DNA of 64,000 nucleotides from an uncultured Chloroflexia bacterium. GTDB taxonomy: Bacteria; Chloroflexota; UBA6077; JACCZL01. Where the stretch lies: positions 768,001 through 832,000 of the forward strand of contig CAVXYC010000020.1 of NCBI GenBank assembly GCA_963765765.1, written 5' to 3'. Below the pieces are notes generated by a model, which worked only from the letters and a program-made list of their open reading frames with translations, was not told the DNA's origin and did not search any database. The stretch's first letter is position 1. Each line of letters begins with the position of its first letter. Both the position numbers and the translations under genes were made by a program. Below are positions 62,716 through 64,000 of this stretch, one piece after another.

Positions 62716-63999
62716 CTATGAGCTTTGGATAGCGCGCCAGACGCGCTCTGACCGCAATGGCATGTCCAAATGTCGGACCCCGAGGTGCGAGAGGGCATCC
62801 ACGACGGAGTTCACAACCGCGGCGCTCGCTGCGATTGTCCCCGCTTCGCCGATCCCTTTGACACCCAGCGGATTCACTGGCGACGGTGTCACCGTGTGGC
62901 TTGTCTCAAATGCTGGAAGCTGCGTAGCAGTGGGGACTGCGTAATCCATCATGGAGCCGGATATTAGCTGACCGGTCTCGTCATATACGCCCTCTTCGAA
63001 TAGCGCCTGGGCAATCCCCTGGGCCACACCCCCGTGAACCTGCCCATCGACGATCATCGGATTAATGACCCGACCACAGTCATCGACACAGACGTATCGA
63101 ACGATCTCGACATTGCCGGTGTCAGGATCTACCTCCGTGACACAGACATGCGTTCCGAATGGCCACGTGAAGTTGGATGGATCGAAGAAGCTGGTGGCCT
63201 CGAGGCCGGGTTCGAGCCCCTCTGGATAGTTATGCGCCAGGAACGCGGCCAGTGCGATTTCGGCGAACGTCTTGGCGCGTTCGGGCGCACCCTTCACCCG
63301 AAACGCGCCGTCTTCGTACTCGAGATCGGCCTCATCTGCCTCGAGCTGATGCGCGGCGATCTTGCGGGCCTTGTCCTTGACCTTTGTGAGCGACATGTGG
63401 ATGGCGGTTCCACCGACCGCTGTACTTCGGCTACCAAATGTGCCAATGCCGGATTGGACTTTGTCCGTATCCCCGTGGATGATCTCCACGTCTTCCATGA
63501 CTATTCCCAGCTCGTCAGCGGTGATCTGGGCAAACGTGGTCTCATGGCCCTGCCCGTGTGACGATGCACCAGTCATCACGCTGACCTTGCCGGTTGGGTG
63601 CACGCGCACCGTGGCACTCTCCCAACCGCCGGCCTGGCCGCCCACAGCACCCAGTACCTGTGATGGTGCCATCCCGCATATCTCGACGTAGCTCGAGATG
63701 CCGATTCCCATCAACTTCCCGCCGGAATCTCGACGTTTCGACTGTTCCTGGCGCAGTGCCGTGTAATCGACATTCTGCAAAGCCTGTTCGTAGGCCTTCG
63801 CGTAGTTACCGCTGTCATACGTGACGCCCGTCGCCGTGGTGTAGGGAAACGCTTCAGCCTCGATGAAGTTCTTTTTGCGAATCTCAGCAGCGTCCATGCC
63901 GATGGCCTGCGCGGCCAGATCAACGGCTCGCTCCACCAGGTGTATGGCCTCGGGCCGTCCAGCACCACGATACGCGTCCACAGGAGTGGTATTGGTGAA
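62716..63999 (-). CDS. coxL: CoxL-like molybdopterin large subunit, form II type (5'-truncated by window)
   Basis: AYRGAGRPEA active-site motif, HGQGHETTFAQI, GTFGSRS, KGIGEAG. Confidence 0.9.
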   Translation of the reverse strand, partial: FTNTTPVDAYRGAGRPEAIHLVERAVDLAAQAIGMDAAEIRKKNFIEAEAFPYTTATGVTYDSGNYAKAYEQALQNVDYTALRQEQSKRRDSGGKLMGIGISSYVEICGMAPSQVLGAVGGQAGGWESATVRVHPTGKVSVMTGASSHGQGHETTFAQITADELGIVMEDVEIIHGDTDKVQSGIGTFGSRSTAVGGTAIHMSLTKVKDKARKIAAHQLEADEADLEYEDGAFRVKGAPERAKTFAEIALAAFLAHNYPEGLEPGLEATSFFDPSNFTWPFGTHVCVTEVDPDTGNVEIVRYVCVDDCGRVINPMIVDGQVHGGVAQGIAQALFEEGVYDETGQLISGSMMDYAVPTATQLPAFETSHTVTPSPVNPLGVKGIGEAGTIAASAAVVNSVVDALSHLGVRHLDMPLRSERVWRAIQSS

Positions 64000-64000
64000 G

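Overview
GC-rich (about 60-65% by eye) bacterial DNA, most likely Chloroflexota. That call is inferred from gene content: double-zinc-ribbon membrane protein, DUF3090, fused accD/accA, PASTA kinase, and secreted Pro/Thr-rich proteins. Many otherwise intact genes (recQ, xdh, coxG, coxD/E, Gfo, TctC) are split by single-base indels, usually in homopolymers, so this looks like a long-read assembly with uncorrected errors, and most 'pseudogenes' or 'fusions' need read-level checks. Contents: (1) the end of an uncharacterised operon (ABC exporter, two hexapeptide acyltransferases, a GT-B-like protein, a low-GC sulfotransferase) closed by a MITE-like element. (2) A dispersed catabolic toolkit (TctC, bicupin, amidohydrolases, Gfo dehydrogenase, and a NitT/TauT ABC + RidA + tandem Rieske oxygenase operon). 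(3) Many Mo/W-enzyme genes (orphan Xdh large subunit, AOR + MoaD, coxG-moeA-coxD-coxE, form II-type coxL-coxM). (4) Housekeeping genes (sigma-70, map, coaE, recQ, csp, accD/A, metG, folC). (5) GT2/GT-C envelope glycosylation genes. Intergenic DNA holds at least five unrelated REP-doublet (REPIN-like) families. There is also a pair of paralogous ~60-aa membrane proteins behind a triple repeat with 11-bp spacing. No rRNA, tRNA, CRISPR array or transposase was recognised.
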